DNA of 63,913 nucleotides, counting the filler, from Folioceros fuciformis (Eukaryota): the NCBI GenBank assembly GCA_049999805.1. It is 5 parts of 5 records of this genome, joined end to end, with 100 filler letters (N's around TTAATTAATTAA, not from the genome) between each part and the next. Parts side by side here need not be neighbours in the genome. Positions count along the whole stretch, not along the records: positions 1 to 17,582 come from JBNGIO010006370.1; positions 17,683 to 42,992 come from JBNGIO010006371.1; 3 more parts are not named here. One strand, written 5' to 3'. Made by a program: the position numbers and the translations under genes. Below are positions 8,645 to 20,972 of this stretch, in pieces. The notes below the pieces were generated by a model. The model was not told where the DNA came from, ran no database searches, and saw only the letters and a program-made list of their open reading frames with translations. Position 1 is the first letter of the stretch, and each line of letters starts with the position of its first letter.

Positions 8645-10792
8645 CTAGGCTTGCAAAGGATGAGAGCCGTACACTGCAACCGGTCTAGATCTGGGCAGCG
8701 GAGGGAGTTCAACTTCTCCGATCAAGATCTGCTGTATATGCCTGGTAGAAAGCCTTTCGCTGGGTACTGGGTCTGTGCACAGCAAGCCTACATGTAGCAA
8801 ACAGGTCAGCTCACTTTCGTCGAACTTGCCGTCCATAGCTGGGTCTGCTGCGTCCAGCAGGGTGTCAGCTTCTTGCATCTGCCACACCCAGTCCAGTAGC
8901 TGTGCTTCCTGGTCGGGGATTCGCGGTCTCCTGCCACACGCTACCTCCAACGACAGAACCCCAAAGCTGAACACGTCCGATTTATCGGAGGCTTTCCCGG
9001 TTAAGGCAAGCTCCGGAGCCATGTAGCCCCTGGTCCCAGCTAATCCTGTCAGGGTGAGGCCCGTCGTGTCCTCCACTAGGCGGGCCAGGCCGAAGTCTCC
9101 CAACCGACCTTCCATGTCCGAGTCGAGCATTATGTTGCTGGGTTTGATGTCCCTGTGGAGGATGCGCTTCTTGCACTCCGTGTGGATGTAAACCATAGCC
9201 GCTGCTACCCCTTGGACTACACGAAACCTCTCTTCCCAGGACAGCACCCTCTGACCAGAGTAGAGGTGCCGATCTAGGCTCAGGTTTGGCATGTACTCGT
9301 ACACAAGCAGGAGCTCGTCCTGTTCATGGCACCAGCCATGGAGATGCACCAGGTTCCGGTGCCGAAGCTGCCCCAAGCTCCTCAGCTCCGCTCGAAATTC
9401 CTTCTCTCCCTGTTTGGAATCCTGCGAGATCCTTTTGATGGCCAGCTGGACATCCAAGTCTCCTATCCGCATCACGCCGTGGTACACACTCCCGAATCCA
9501 CCTTTCCCCAGAACCAGTGACTGGCTGAAACCTTGAGTCGCATTCTTCAGCTCCTGGTAGGAGAAGGTCCGTGTCCCGTAGCTGGCATCCACATCATCTA
9601 CTGGATTAAAAGGGCGTGAGGGCTCGGAACTCCTGCCTGTGGACGAAGTCGGTGCTTTGTCTCCCATCATGAGAGGACGAAGGCCATTGTTCTCCGAATC
9701 CCCACCAGATGAGCAACAAAAGAACCAGCCGGCGCCACAGCCAAGAGCGACTGCCAGAAGCGTTGCGCCAATTGCGACCCCCGCAACCAATCCGGTCCTG
9801 CTGCCTCCTCTGCTATTGTTGCCTGCCTGAGGCTGAGTGGGAGCCTGGGGCTGAGTGGGAGCCTGGGGCTGAGTGGGAGCCTGGGGCTGAGTGGGAGCCT
9901 GGGGCTGAGTGGGAGCCTGAGGCAGAGGGGAGGGAGCTTGTGGCAAGCCACTGGTGGAGAAGCTCCAGCTGTAGACGTAGATCAGCTCCATTGCTGCACC
10001 TGTGCTAGCCGTGAACCCGACATAGGAATACTGTCTCACGATGCTGGAGACGTTCAAAGGGCTGTAAGAGAGCACGAGGGAGGAATTTGCTTTCTGGGTT
10101 CCGGCCCTGGCCATGTATATCACCAGCTCTTGCCTGTCCGCGGAGTAGTCAATCCAAGCCGTCAAGACAGGAGCATCGGCCGCATAATTGTCGAGCTGAA
10201 TGCCGTAATCTGACAGGTTCGCGGTTTTCCTAGAGACGTAGCTGTTGATGTCCAGCCCGACGTGGTTGGAGTCGTTCACGGGATCGATACCCGGGTTGTA
10301 ATAGGTGTCGAACTCCACGGCCACGACATGAATCCCGGGATCGCCGTCGACGTATGAGCTGTCGTAGATACCGATAGAACCACCGGCGTCGTTAGGGATG
10401 TCAGGGATGGGAGCGATGATGAAGGTCATTCCATCTGCCATGTAGTACGGGGGAACCGCCTTCATCCTGAAATTGAAGGAGGTGTTGAAGGAAGCTTCCG
10501 CACCAGAACCCACATCATAGAACTGCACCGGGGAAGAGAACACCGCTCTGGACACGAGGCCCCCGGCTACACCATTCCTCGGATCGCTGTTATTCACAGT
10601 GAGCTGCAGAATTCCTCCGGCTACCAGGGTACAGTTGCCGCTCAGCCGGAGGCCCGGTTGTGAGAAGTCGGGGAAGGAGAACCGCACATTTTGCGCACGG
10701 CAGCAGCTCGGTGTCACGCCCAGCAGAGGAAGCAGCAGGGGAGCACAGATGCGGAGCAGGCACAACATCGCGTTCCTCATTATCCGATTCAT
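8645..10792 (-). CDS. L-type (legume) lectin receptor-like kinase
   Basis: Signal peptide, lectin domain (SFNTSF, ADGMTF, VAVEFDT, NHVGLDIN), Pro/Gln stalk, TM helix and a complete kinase (GKGGFG, AIK, HRDIKPSN, DFG, GTRGYMAPE). Intronless; ATG 10792 corresponds to the paralog's ATG. Confidence 0.95.
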   Translation of the reverse strand: MNRIMRNAMLCLLRICAPLLLPLLGVTPSCCRAQNVRFSFPDFSQPGLRLSGNCTLVAGGILQLTVNNSDPRNGVAGGLVSRAVFSSPVQFYDVGSGAEASFNTSFNFRMKAVPPYYMADGMTFIIAPIPDIPNDAGGSIGIYDSSYVDGDPGIHVVAVEFDTYYNPGIDPVNDSNHVGLDINSYVSRKTANLSDYGIQLDNYAADAPVLTAWIDYSADRQELVIYMARAGTQKANSSLVLSYSPLNVSSIVRQYSYVGFTASTGAAMELIYVYSWSFSTSGLPQAPSPLPQAPTQPQAPTQPQAPTQPQAPTQPQAPTQPQAGNNSRGGSRTGLVAGVAIGATLLAVALGCGAGWFFCCSSGGDSENNGLRPLMMGDKAPTSSTGRSSEPSRPFNPVDDVDASYGTRTFSYQELKNATQGFSQSLVLGKGGFGSVYHGVMRIGDLDVQLAIKRISQDSKQGEKEFRAELRSLGQLRHRNLVHLHGWCHEQDELLLVYEYMPNLSLDRHLYSGQRVLSWEERFRVVQGVAAAMVYIHTECKKRILHRDIKPSNIMLDSDMEGRLGDFGLARLVEDTTGLTLTGLAGTRGYMAPELALTGKASDKSDVFSFGVLSLEVACGRRPRIPDQEAQLLDWVWQMQEADTLLDAADPAMDGKFDESELTCLLHVGLLCTDPVPSERLSTRHIQQILIGEVELPPLPRSRPVAVYGSHPLQA
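9831..9920 (-). repeat. 18-bp coding minisatellite x5 encoding PQAPTQ
   Basis: ggctgagtgggagcctgg repeated five times in frame in the LecRK stalk. Confidence 0.95.
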
Positions 10793-11994
10793 CGATCTCC
10801 TAGGAGGCGCACATCTGCGTCGAGGTCCTGGCTCGAGGAACACACGTTGAAGGTCAGAGGGGAGGAGGTGTCAAATACCAAGGACCATGATCCAGGGAAG
10901 CAGCTGCCCTGGACAGACTCCTTCCCGTCACTAGCCTCGATGCCGTGGGTGCAGAGCGTTGGACACTGCTCTCATAGCTGAGTGGACGTCGAAAATGTGG
11001 TCCTGATAGCACGTTCTGTCGGCTGCAGCTCATGTGGAAGGTCCTTGCTGGCCTGACTTTATTCCTTCACGTCCTTCGTGTCGACCACGCGTCCCTTTCT
11101 TTCTTCTTTCCGCTATTCAACTTACATACTTTGAAGCCTATATTGTACATGAAAAAAAAAGAGTCTGAAACACGATTTTTTCCTGCACACAACCGTCTCC
11201 CTTATGGAATACGGATAAGGACAATGGCTGAATATATATATATTTTTCTTAAATACATACTTTATATGCAAATATACTTCATATATATATATATATATGA
11301 GGTATATATATATACCTCGTATTATATATAGCCACATCGTAGGGCCCACTCGGTATAGTAAACCATATTATTTTATCCTCTAGGTATCTAGGTTGTAGAC
11401 CAATGGAGACACATGAGGTTTTTTTTAGGGTTATGCATGACATTGAAATATTTTTAAGTATGGGTTACCGCCCGTCCTTGTATCGGCAAGGGTTTAGGGT
11501 TTGTCGCGGCACATCACATTGAAGAGTTTGTCATGGCACATCGCATTGAAGAGTGATTAGTTAACATCAGTACATCAAGGACGCTTTCACGCGTGACGTA
11601 GCTTGCCAGCCTCCACCTCCTTCCCCCCTTCTTCTAGAAGGCTTTGAAAGGTGACATGAAATAGGGTTTAGGGAGACGGATCCAACATGTGAGGGAGAAA
11701 ATATTATCACAATCTAGGTTTCCCCAAGAGGGCAAATGTGTTAACTTCAAAAGTTTGGATTGCGCAGGGTAAATGTGTTACATCCAAAAATTTAGACCGT
11801 ATACCGCCGCACAAAACTTTGTGAGAAAGCCAAAAAGCATAATGGTATTCCATACTCTCTCTCACCTACTCACCAACCAATTCATACCATACTGGTATTC
11901 CATACTCTCCAATCACCTACTCACCAATTCATATCCTCGAAGGAGGAACCCACTCACACCTGACATGAGCTGAGGAACCCACTCATATCTGACA

Positions 11995-13661
11995 CGAGCT
12001 AATGATACGGACAAAGTAGGAGAAAGTAATGTAGCGCGCTTCCCAAGGCGCTCCAACGGAGCCATGTCGACATGCCATGCCATGCCCCTCCTCACCGGCC
12101 ACCGGCATACACACCCGGTGTATGTTTCTCTCTCCCCTTTTCTCCCCCGCCCCCGCTCCCCCTGCCCCCATCTTTTCCTTCCCCGTTCCCACTCCCCTTC
12201 CTNNNNNNNNNNNNNNNNNNNNNNNNNNNNNNNNNNNNNNNNNNNNNNNNNNNNNNNNNNNNNNNNNNNNNNNNNNNNNNNNNNNNNNNNNNNNNNNNNN
12301 NNCTTCCCCGTTTCCACTCCCCTTCCTTCTCTCTCTGCTTTCTCTCTCCCCGGTTTTGTGCGCGCTTAGGCCAAGTATTTACATCAAGCCGAGCTCAAGC
12401 ACTTGGCTTTGCAACTGATCGTAATGGATTACCAAGGTGGCTTTGGAGCGCGAATGTTTTGTTCCTTCTCAGCAACATTATGAATGTGAGTCTGACCTCT
12501 AATACAGAGTTGCAGGCGGCTCCATGGGATTTTGGCAATATCTCACTAGGAGTTGACTGTTCTCTGAAGAGAAAGCCTGCATTTCGGGAAATACAGGGCC
12601 AGAAGACTGGTTTTGATAAGGGTACAATTACAACACCTTGGGTGTTGTCTCTAAAACCAGTCAAGAGTCGTTTTGAGAAGCAAAGTGTTGCCAAGGACAA
12701 CCATTAGTAGTTGGTAGTTTCGTATAGAGTACTCTGTCTGCAAATGCACGTGTTTTATCAAAGACATTTTATGTAAGCCACCAAAGTGGTCCTTGCTCAT
12801 CCCTCAAGTGCATGATACCACGGCTTGCTCACCACAAACAAGTGCGATGCTGATAGTAGCTGCCCTTTCATTAACTTGGAGAAACAGAGTTGTTAGAAAC
12901 AATGTTGCTCAATTTAGACACCGGCCATAGCCGACTGAAACATACAGGCATGCGAAAACGAAACAGTCTTGCGCAATTTAGCCATAGCTGAGACTGAGGC
13001 ACACAGGCAGGCAAAAACGTGAGCGCAAACAAAGGCTGAAACGTGAGCACACACAAAGTTGAAACGTGAGCACACACAAAGCTGAACCGTGAGCACACAC
13101 AAAGCTGAACCGTGAGCACACACAAAGCTGAACCGTGAGCACACACAAAACTGAACCATGAGCACACACAAAGCTGAACCATGAGCACCCACAAAACGTG
13201 AATGCACACAAAGCTTTACTGCGTGCTGAAGATTGGACAGAGAGTCGAACTCCCCCTCGCAACTCACTCGCAACTTCAACAGAAACAAGTAGCCGCAAAT
13301 TGGAAATGCTCCGCCTAAGCGCGCACAAAAACGGGGAGAGAGAAAGCAGAGAGAGAAGGAAGGGGAGTGGGAACGGGGAAGGNNNNNNNNNNNNNNNNNN
13401 NNNNNNNNNNNNNNNNNNNNNNNNNNNNNNNNNNNNNNNNNNNNNNNNNNNNNNNNNNNNNNNNNNNNNNNNNNNNNNNNNNAGGAAGGGGAGTGGGAAC
13501 GGGGAAGGAAAAGATGGGGGCAGGGGGAGCGGGGGCGGGGGAGAAAAGGGGAGAGAGAAACATACACCGGGTGTGTATGCCGGTGGCCGGTGAGGAGGGG
13601 CATGGCTCTGTCGGAGCGCCTTGGGAAGCGCGCGACATTACTTTGTCCGTATCGTTAGCTC
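11995..13661. mobile_element. Long inverted-repeat (foldback/MULE-like non-autonomous) element
   Basis: 11995-12371 is the reverse complement of 13313-13661 apart from small indels; the spacer of about 940 bp shows no recognisable transposase. No TSD identified. Confidence 0.6.
13012..13215. repeat. 23-bp tandem repeat, about 9 copies
   Basis: gctgaaccgtgagcacacacaaa at 13081, 13104 and 13127, degenerating at both ends. Confidence 0.9.
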
Positions 13662-14855
13662 ATGCCCTCGTATCTCTACCGTTAGTGAGTTATTTTAAAG
13701 GGTGGGATTTTTTAACATATCCAATTTTAAGATATTTAATTTTGACAGGACAAGCTATGGCTACTTGTTGTGTTGGACAGCTGGTGCTCCACTCCCAGAT
13801 GCGTAGATCTTTAGTCCTTCAAACAAGAAACCTCCTAGGTGATTGGAATATGGTGATAGGTAAAAGACCTTTGTACCTTTAGCTAATGCTCTCCAGAGAG
13901 CTTTAGTAGTTGGTTGGCTAACGAAAGCCATTACAAAGGAAAGGTGGAGACCCTTGCAATTCCTGTTGATATGATAGGCTTTTCCGAAGTCTCGCTTTGC
14001 AAGGTTCACCTAGTGCAGTTCTTACCCATGGCCACAAGAGTATGTACGGGGGGCAAGCGTGACCAAAACATGGTCCATCTTGTATGGTAGAGTACTAAGC
14101 CTTGTGAATGCTCCTAAAAGGACGTCGGATTCCCTAAGGTCGATTAAAATGGACATTATCAAATTTTCTTTCAAGTTCATCTCGTGAATGCCCTCAAATG
14201 CAAGGATTTGACTTGGAAGCTGGTTGATTGTATTGGGAACGTCTCTTGTTCAAGTTACGAGGATGTTTGTGCCTATGGATTGAGTTTGTTAGTGGATACC
14301 ACCAAAAGCCATCAAGCATTTGACTCGTGCTCAATCTTACACTTGGGTCTTTGGAACCATGATTCTCATGTTCGTCTACTTTTTGTATATACCTACGGAG
14401 ACACCCATCGTGGCGGCGAAGGACATTATGTTTGTTCTTAGATTTACACCTACAGGAGCTGTGTGAAAGCTTTGTATCTCAGTGAATGTCAGTCTGATTC
14501 GATTTCTTGAGACCAGTCGAAGAGTTGAAGAAGCCAATCCGCTGAGGGTTTTGAGGGGTTCAGAGGCTGAGACTCGGAGTTTGTGGCTCCTAGTTCTCAG
14601 TGCTCTGCTCGCTTCTGGGCTACGTATGTAGACTCCTTACCATGCCAGTTCACACTGACGTACATGCCACTAAGGCTTCCATCTTGTCTTCTTCGTGCAA
14701 CCCTTGTATGTGTCCAAATGCAAAACGTCTGCTGGATCGCCTTCTTGTCAGGCTCCTTTGGTAACAGCGCAAAAGCCTGTGCAGCATTGTAGGAAAGGGC
14801 GCTCGTAGGGGAACGCTCAGCTTTCACACCAGGACATCCATCTTTCAGAATGATA

Positions 14856-16945
14856 TTATCGCTCGCTGGGAGTGTCCTGAATGTGAAAACCAAACATTTC
14901 AACTGGACTAGACCTGAGGAGCGGAGGTCGTTCCACTTCTCCGACCAAGATCTGCTGCACACGCCTGGTAGAAGGCCTCACGCTGGGACCTGCGTAAGCG
15001 CAAAGCAAGCCCACATGCCGCACACAGCTTAGCTCACTGGCGTCGAACTTGCCGTCCATAGCTGGATCTGCTACATCCAGGGTTCCAGCGTCGTGCATCT
15101 GCCACACCCACTTTACTAGCTGAGTTTCCTGGTCGCGGATTTGCGGTCTCCTGCCACTCGCGACCTCCAACGACAGAACCCCAAAGCTGAACACGTCCGA
15201 TTTGGTGGTGGCTTTCCAAGGTAAGGCAAGATCCGGAGCCATGTAGCCCCTGGTCCCAGCTAATCCTGTCAAGGTGAGGCCCGTCGTAAAGGTTTCACCC
15301 ACCAGGCGGGCCAAGCCGAAGGCTCCCAAGCGACCTTCCATGTCTGAGTCGAGCATCACGTTGCTGGGCTTCATGTCCCTGTGGAGGGTGCACTTTTTCC
15401 ACTCCGTGTGGATGTAAACCAAAGCCGCTGCTACCCCTAGGACAATACGAAACCTCTCTTCCCAGGACAGCACCCTCTCACCAGAGTAGAGGTGCCGATC
15501 CAGGCTCAGGTTTGGCATGTACTTGTACACAAGTAGAAGCTCGCCCTGATCATGGCACCAGCCATGGAGATGCACCAGGTTCCTGTGCCGAAGCTACCCC
15601 AAGCTCCTCAGCTCCGCTCGAAACTCCCTCTTTCCCCTGTGTGGAATCCTGCGAGATCCTTTTGATGGCCAGCTGGACATCCAAGTCTCCTATTTGCATC
15701 ACGCCGCCCTGGTACACACTCCCGAATCCACCTTTCTCCAGAACCAGTGACTGGCTGAAACCTTGAGTCGCATTCTTCAGCTCCTGGTAGGAGAAGGTCC
15801 GTGTCCCGTAGCTGGCATCCACATCGTCTACTGGATTAAAAGGGCTCGGAACTCCTTCCTGTGGACGAAGTGGGTGCTTTGTCTCCCATCATGAGAGGAC
15901 GAAGGCCATTTTTCTCCGAATGCCCACCAGATGAGCAACAAAAGAATCAGCCGACGTCACAGCCAAGAGCAACTGCCAGAAGCGTTGCGCCAATTGCGAC
16001 CCCCGCAACCAATCCGGTCCTGCTGCCTCCGCTGCTGTTGTTGCCTGCCTGGGGCTGAGTGGGAGCCTGAGGCAGAGGGGAGGGAGCTTGTGGCAGGCCA
16101 CTGGTGGAGAATCTCCAGTCGTAGACGTAGATCAGCTCAATTGCTGCACCTGTGCTACCAGTGAAGCCGACATAAGAATGCTGTTTCACGATGCTGGAGA
16201 CGTTCAAAGGGCTGTAAGAAAGCACGAGAGAGGAATTTGCTTTCTGGGCTCCAGCCTTGGCCATGTGCACCACCAGCTCTTTCCTGTCCGCAGAGTAGTC
16301 AATCCAAGCGACCAAGACAGGAGCATCGGACTCATAATTGTCGAGGTGAATGCCGTAGAATGACAGGTTCGCGGTTTTCGTAGAGACGTAGCTGTTAATG
16401 TCCAGCCCGACGTGGTTGGAGCCGTTCACGGGATCGATACCCGGGTTGTAAAAAGTGTCGAACTCAATCGGCAGGACTTGAATCCTGGGATCCTCGGCAA
16501 CTTATGCGGTGTCGTAGATGCCGAGAGAAGAACCCTCGTAGCTATGTGGGATTTCAAGGGTGGGAGCGATGATGAAGGTCATCCGATCCGCCATGTAGTA
16601 CGGGGGGACCGACCTCATCCTGAAGTGGAAGGAGGTGTTGAAGGAAGCTTCCGCACCTGAACCCCCGTCATAAAACTGCACCGGGGAAGAAAACACCGCA
16701 CTGGACACTAGACCCGTCGCTTCACCATTCTTCGGGTCGTTGTTATTCACAGTGAGCTGCAGAAAGCCTCCGTCTCCCAAGGTGGAGTTGCGGCTCAGCC
16801 GGAGGCCCGGTAGTGAGAAGTCGGGAAAGGAGAACCCCACATTTTTCGCACGGCAGCAGCTCCGTGTCACGCCCAGTAGAGGAAGCACCAGGAGAGCACG
16901 GATGCGGAGCAGGCACAACATCGCGTTTCTAGTCATCCGCTTCAT
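14856..16945 (-). pseudogene. L-type lectin receptor kinase pseudogene (tandem paralog of 8645-10792)
   Basis: Collinear with the intact copy but has TAA at 16502, TGG>TGA at 15947, an 8-bp deletion near 15845, further indels near 15595-15630, and DFG>AFG. Confidence 0.93.
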
Positions 16946-17479
16946 CGATCTCTTAGGAAACGCTCATCTCTCTCGAGGTCGTCTCTCAAGGAACAATTTA
17001 GGGTTGAAGGTATTAGGTACCAAGGACCATGATCTAGGCATACAGCTGCCACGGATGGAATCATGGACTCTTTCCAACGAGTGGCCTCGATGCTGTCGGT
17101 AAAAAAACGTAGTCCTGATGGGACGCCCTATATGGAATACCGGACACATATTTTTTTTTTCAAATACATATGTTATATATATATATACCTTAGAATCTAG
17201 TATAAATACTCCTATTGTACATAACAGGTCGGGCCTACCTCAGTATGGTATACCATATTATTTTATACATCAAGGTTTGTGGACGAATGGGATATGGAAG
17301 GTTTTTTCTAGGATTCATTCGAAATGTTTTGAAGTACACGTTACACAAGAAAAAAACCAACGTATCAGGAGGAGGACCCCTTTTTAGGGTTCATGCACGA
17401 ATCAAATTGTTTTTAAGTACATGTTACATAGAGGAAAAAACCACTGCCATCAGGAGGAGGACCCCTGCACCTGTTTCCA

Positions 17480-17582
17480 TCCTGCCGACCTCCGCCTCCT
17501 TCCCTCCTGCCGACCTCCGCCTCCTTCCCTCCTGTTGACCTCCGCCTCCTTCCCTCCTGTTGACCTCCGCCTCCTTCCCTCC
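17480..17582. repeat. 25-bp tandem repeat running into the segment end
   Basis: cctgccgacctccgcctccttccct x4. Confidence 0.85.
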
Positions 17583-17682
17583 NNNNNNNNNNNNNNNNNN
17601 NNNNNNNNNNNNNNNNNNNNNNNNNNTTAATTAATTAANNNNNNNNNNNNNNNNNNNNNNNNNNNNNNNNNNNNNNNNNNNN
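17583..17682. other. Artificial assembly linker N44-TTAATTAATTAA-N44
   Basis: Palindromic six-frame-stop 12-mer centred in Ns; identical structures at 42993-43092, 56293-56392 and 61274-61373. Confidence 0.95.
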
Positions 17683-18418
17683 CTTCTATACCTACTCTTA
17701 TTCTTGTAGGTTTTACTTCAAAAAATAAAATTCCATGTTGTAGTATCTCTGCAAAAATACAGCATACACTCAAAATATCAATTCTTGAATCATATATACA
17801 AGAATCAGTAGAATAAAGCTTTGGTGCATAGTAAAATCTTCTTCCTAAGGTACCATTACTAGGTATTATGTTGCTATACAAATGTTCTGGAATAATGCAC
17901 GCTTGTCCAAAATCACCTACTTTGGGTACGCCATGGTAACTCATCAATATATTTTCCGGTTTTAGATCTCCATGAACAATGTTTGCCGAATGTAAATACT
18001 CAACTCCTTTAAGGATTTGATACAAAAGATGTCGTTGTTCACATAGAGTGAAGTTCTCTATCTCTGTCTTGTATAAAAAAGAATGAAGATCTTCTTTCAT
18101 CAATTCCATTATAATATATATATCGTTGTAATTTGCATCCGGTGGAAGAATAACACCTTTGAATTGAATAATATGGTCATGTTGTAAAGTCTCCAACATT
18201 GTCAACTCTCTTAAGGTGCAAAGAGTTTTATCTTGAGTTTCACACACATTCTCAATATGTTTTATAGCAACATGTTCACGAGTTACCGTGTTCTTTGCTT
18301 CATAAACTTTTCCAAATGCTCCTTCGCTTAGATATCTAATTTTTTTATACGGAGATTCATCCGCATAACTATGAAAATATGCATCGATTTGTCGTGTATC
18401 CATTTGCACTTGAGACAT
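17683..18418 (-). CDS. Divergent intronless MAPK-like (group-D-like) Ser/Thr kinase, cut at the segment edge; possibly a retrocopy or pseudokinase
   Basis: SEGAFGKV, VAIKHI, TLRELTML, ILPP...DIYIIMELM..DLH, HGDLKPENIL, DFG. No TxY motif; APE is APK. Confidence 0.75.
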
Positions 18419-18489
18419 TTTAAAGGTTTGAGATTGTTGAAAGAAGCCCTTGCACTTGAAGATTTGGATCAACGAAACCACAAGCGTTT

Positions 18490-18790
18490 GCGCTTAAAGG
18501 GTTAGAAAGCTTGGACTAAGAAAACTAGAAAGTCCTTACGCTTGGAGGGTTAGAAAGCTTGAACCAAGAAAACTAGAAAGTCCTTATGCTTGGAGGGTTA
18601 GAAACCTTGAATCAAGAAAACTAAAAAGTCCTTGAGCTTGGAGGGTTAGAAAGCTTGAACCAAGAAAACTAAAAAGTCCTCGCACCTAGAGGGTTAGAAA
18701 GCTTGGACCAGAAATGTAGAAAGTCCTTGCGCCTAGAGGGTCAAAAAGCTTGGACCAAGAAATTTAGAAAATCCTTGCACCTTGAGGTTT
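18490..18790. repeat. 48-bp tandem repeat, about 6 copies
   Basis: gcttggagggttagaaagcttgaaccaagaaaactagaaagtccttat-like units at about 18492, 18540, 18588, 18636, 18684 and 18731. Confidence 0.9.
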
Positions 18791-20711
18791 AGGTCAAGGA
18801 AACTTAAAATCCTTAAGCTTAGAGTGCTATGTTAATCCTAGTAGCACACTAGTGCGAATGACAGTGACTTGAAGACCTAACTCACATTTATACTAAAAGA
18901 AAAATTTCTTAAATAAGTAAATGATAAAGCTTAGAATGTAATTCTAATTTTCTCAATCTAAAGTTTTAATATTGGTCTTTATTATATTATATTATATACG
19001 GTTTCATTCACCCTTAGATCAAGGCCAATTGACCCTTGGCTTAAACTCAATGGTAAAATCTTAGTTTATGCATATTTTGGAATGATATATATATATGAAT
19101 CCAAAATTATATAATTTGATTACATCATTATGAATTATTGTCTTTGTTCAATTTTAAATATCATACCACTATTTTTATTGAAACATTCTTTGGTTTCAAA
19201 CATGCCATTGCCGTGGGCCGCATGACCTAGCACTCCAACTTTGGATCCAACCCGCAGCACCCACCTTCATGTAAAACAAGTCTCCATATCTTTTTCGCTC
19301 TATAAGCCATGTGATTCAAAAAGATAATTTTTTTTGAAACAATTTAGCTAATTGGTGGGTTTGACAATCCATGTTGCATCTCCCATGTCCTGTTAAAATC
19401 GTATTTTTTACATTTGAAATTCATTTTCCCACATGAACTCCTTTTAAAATAAAGGCTTTTTACAAGCTAGAGATGAGGACGATCTCTCCTAGGGTTTACA
19501 TGTTGTTGTTGATGTTCTCATGATCATGATTAGTCATTCACTTCTGTTCTGTTGCTGCATTGCTTTACAAAGTGCACCGATTGACCAACACACTCTCATG
19601 CTGAGTTTCAATTAATGCCTTATGTACACTCTTTTTGATATACATATGATAAAGGACAACGTTGAGCTAAAGAAAAACTTTGTCCGTGCATGAGCACTAA
19701 GTCTCTACCACTTGCTGATCATTTTCATCCGGAAGTGTTTCTTGATCTCATTTCAGCACACAAGGTTTTGCTTGTGGGCATGTAGAGTTAATTCAAATCC
19801 ATATGCTAAAATAAAAGTGTCAACAATGGATAAAGGATCAATATGCTTCTGCAGTCTTTTGCTTGGCCTTCATTTGCATTCTCCTTTGGGACCCTCACAT
19901 GGATCTTCATTGAGTAAAATCATCTCCTATTAATATTGACCTTCAAATGCATTTGAACACTTGGTGACCCACCAATGCACTTTGATATAAGGTTTTGCGC
20001 ATCCCACATCAACCTCCAATACTGTGGCTATTAATATTGGCCTATTGTCTTTGGTTGTCTCACATTAGACAACAATCATATATCTACTTCTATTTCTAAT
20101 ACATTTCCATTCAAGGTTTCACAATCATCACACACAAGGGCCTCTCTCCTGTAAGCGCCCACATACATGTCTCTCCTGAGAACTTCATGTATGCATGGGT
20201 TTTCCACCACTTATGCATTCAGTACATGTAATGGTGTGTTCAACATTTATACCTTATCACGATCATACCATCAATACAGGCAATCAAGGTCTTGCTTCAC
20301 AACTTGGTTGATTTTATGGACAATGGCCTCTTTTGTAGCCCAAAACCCATCCCACTACACGTCCTCACCTACACCCAAGTGTTGTTTGAATTTGAACTCT
20401 CATTTTCATCGAATCTCTACTAGGTTATATCACCACTAGAATGGGCCGCAAAAAAAGATGTCCTTTAAGATAGCGGAATGATGTTACATTGGAAGTTAAG
20501 ACATGACATAACCTCCCAACCCATCATTTTCCTATCACTGGAATCCCATCATCCAAAACCGTTCATGACAGTTTTCTGTATTCTCAGATATCAAAACGGT
20601 CCTGGTAGCCATGCTGGGTGACTCCAACCAATTCGCCATGCATACACTAGTTAACCCTTATACCTTTTGTACCCTATCCAGCTACTCGAGAGTGCTAAAA
20701 CATGCCTTTGC

Positions 20712-20960
20712 TGTTAGGAATAGGGTTCGATTAAGTAACCCATAACCCTAGTCATCAATCAATTGAGTTAGGTTAATCTAGGAGTTACCTCGAACAGACA
20801 CATCCCTAGCGAAGTGGTGCGACTAGCACCTATATAAGAGACACCGCGACTAGCACCTATATAAGAGATACCCATCCTGTATTTTATTATTATGCTAAAT
20901 AAAGTAATATAGCTTAAGAACAAAATGTTTTCTCTACTTCCTACTAATAGGAATTTATCA
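20712..20960 (+). repeat. 5' LTR of element A (249 bp)
   Basis: Nearly identical to 31197-31415 and followed directly by the PBS. Confidence 0.95.
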
Positions 20961-20972
20961 TGGTATCAGAGC
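20961..20972 (+). other. Primer-binding site (tRNA-iMet)
   Basis: TGGTATCAGAGC immediately after the LTR-terminal CA. Confidence 0.95.

Noticed and set aside
13012-13215. 23-bp repeat array (and the 48-bp array at 18490-18790) as a CRISPR-like locus
   Set aside because: Units are head-to-tail with no unique spacers, there are no cas genes, and the context is eukaryotic.
19560-20600. Possible CACTA-like transposase remnant on the minus strand
   Set aside because: Too degenerate; no diagnostic motif or termini seen.
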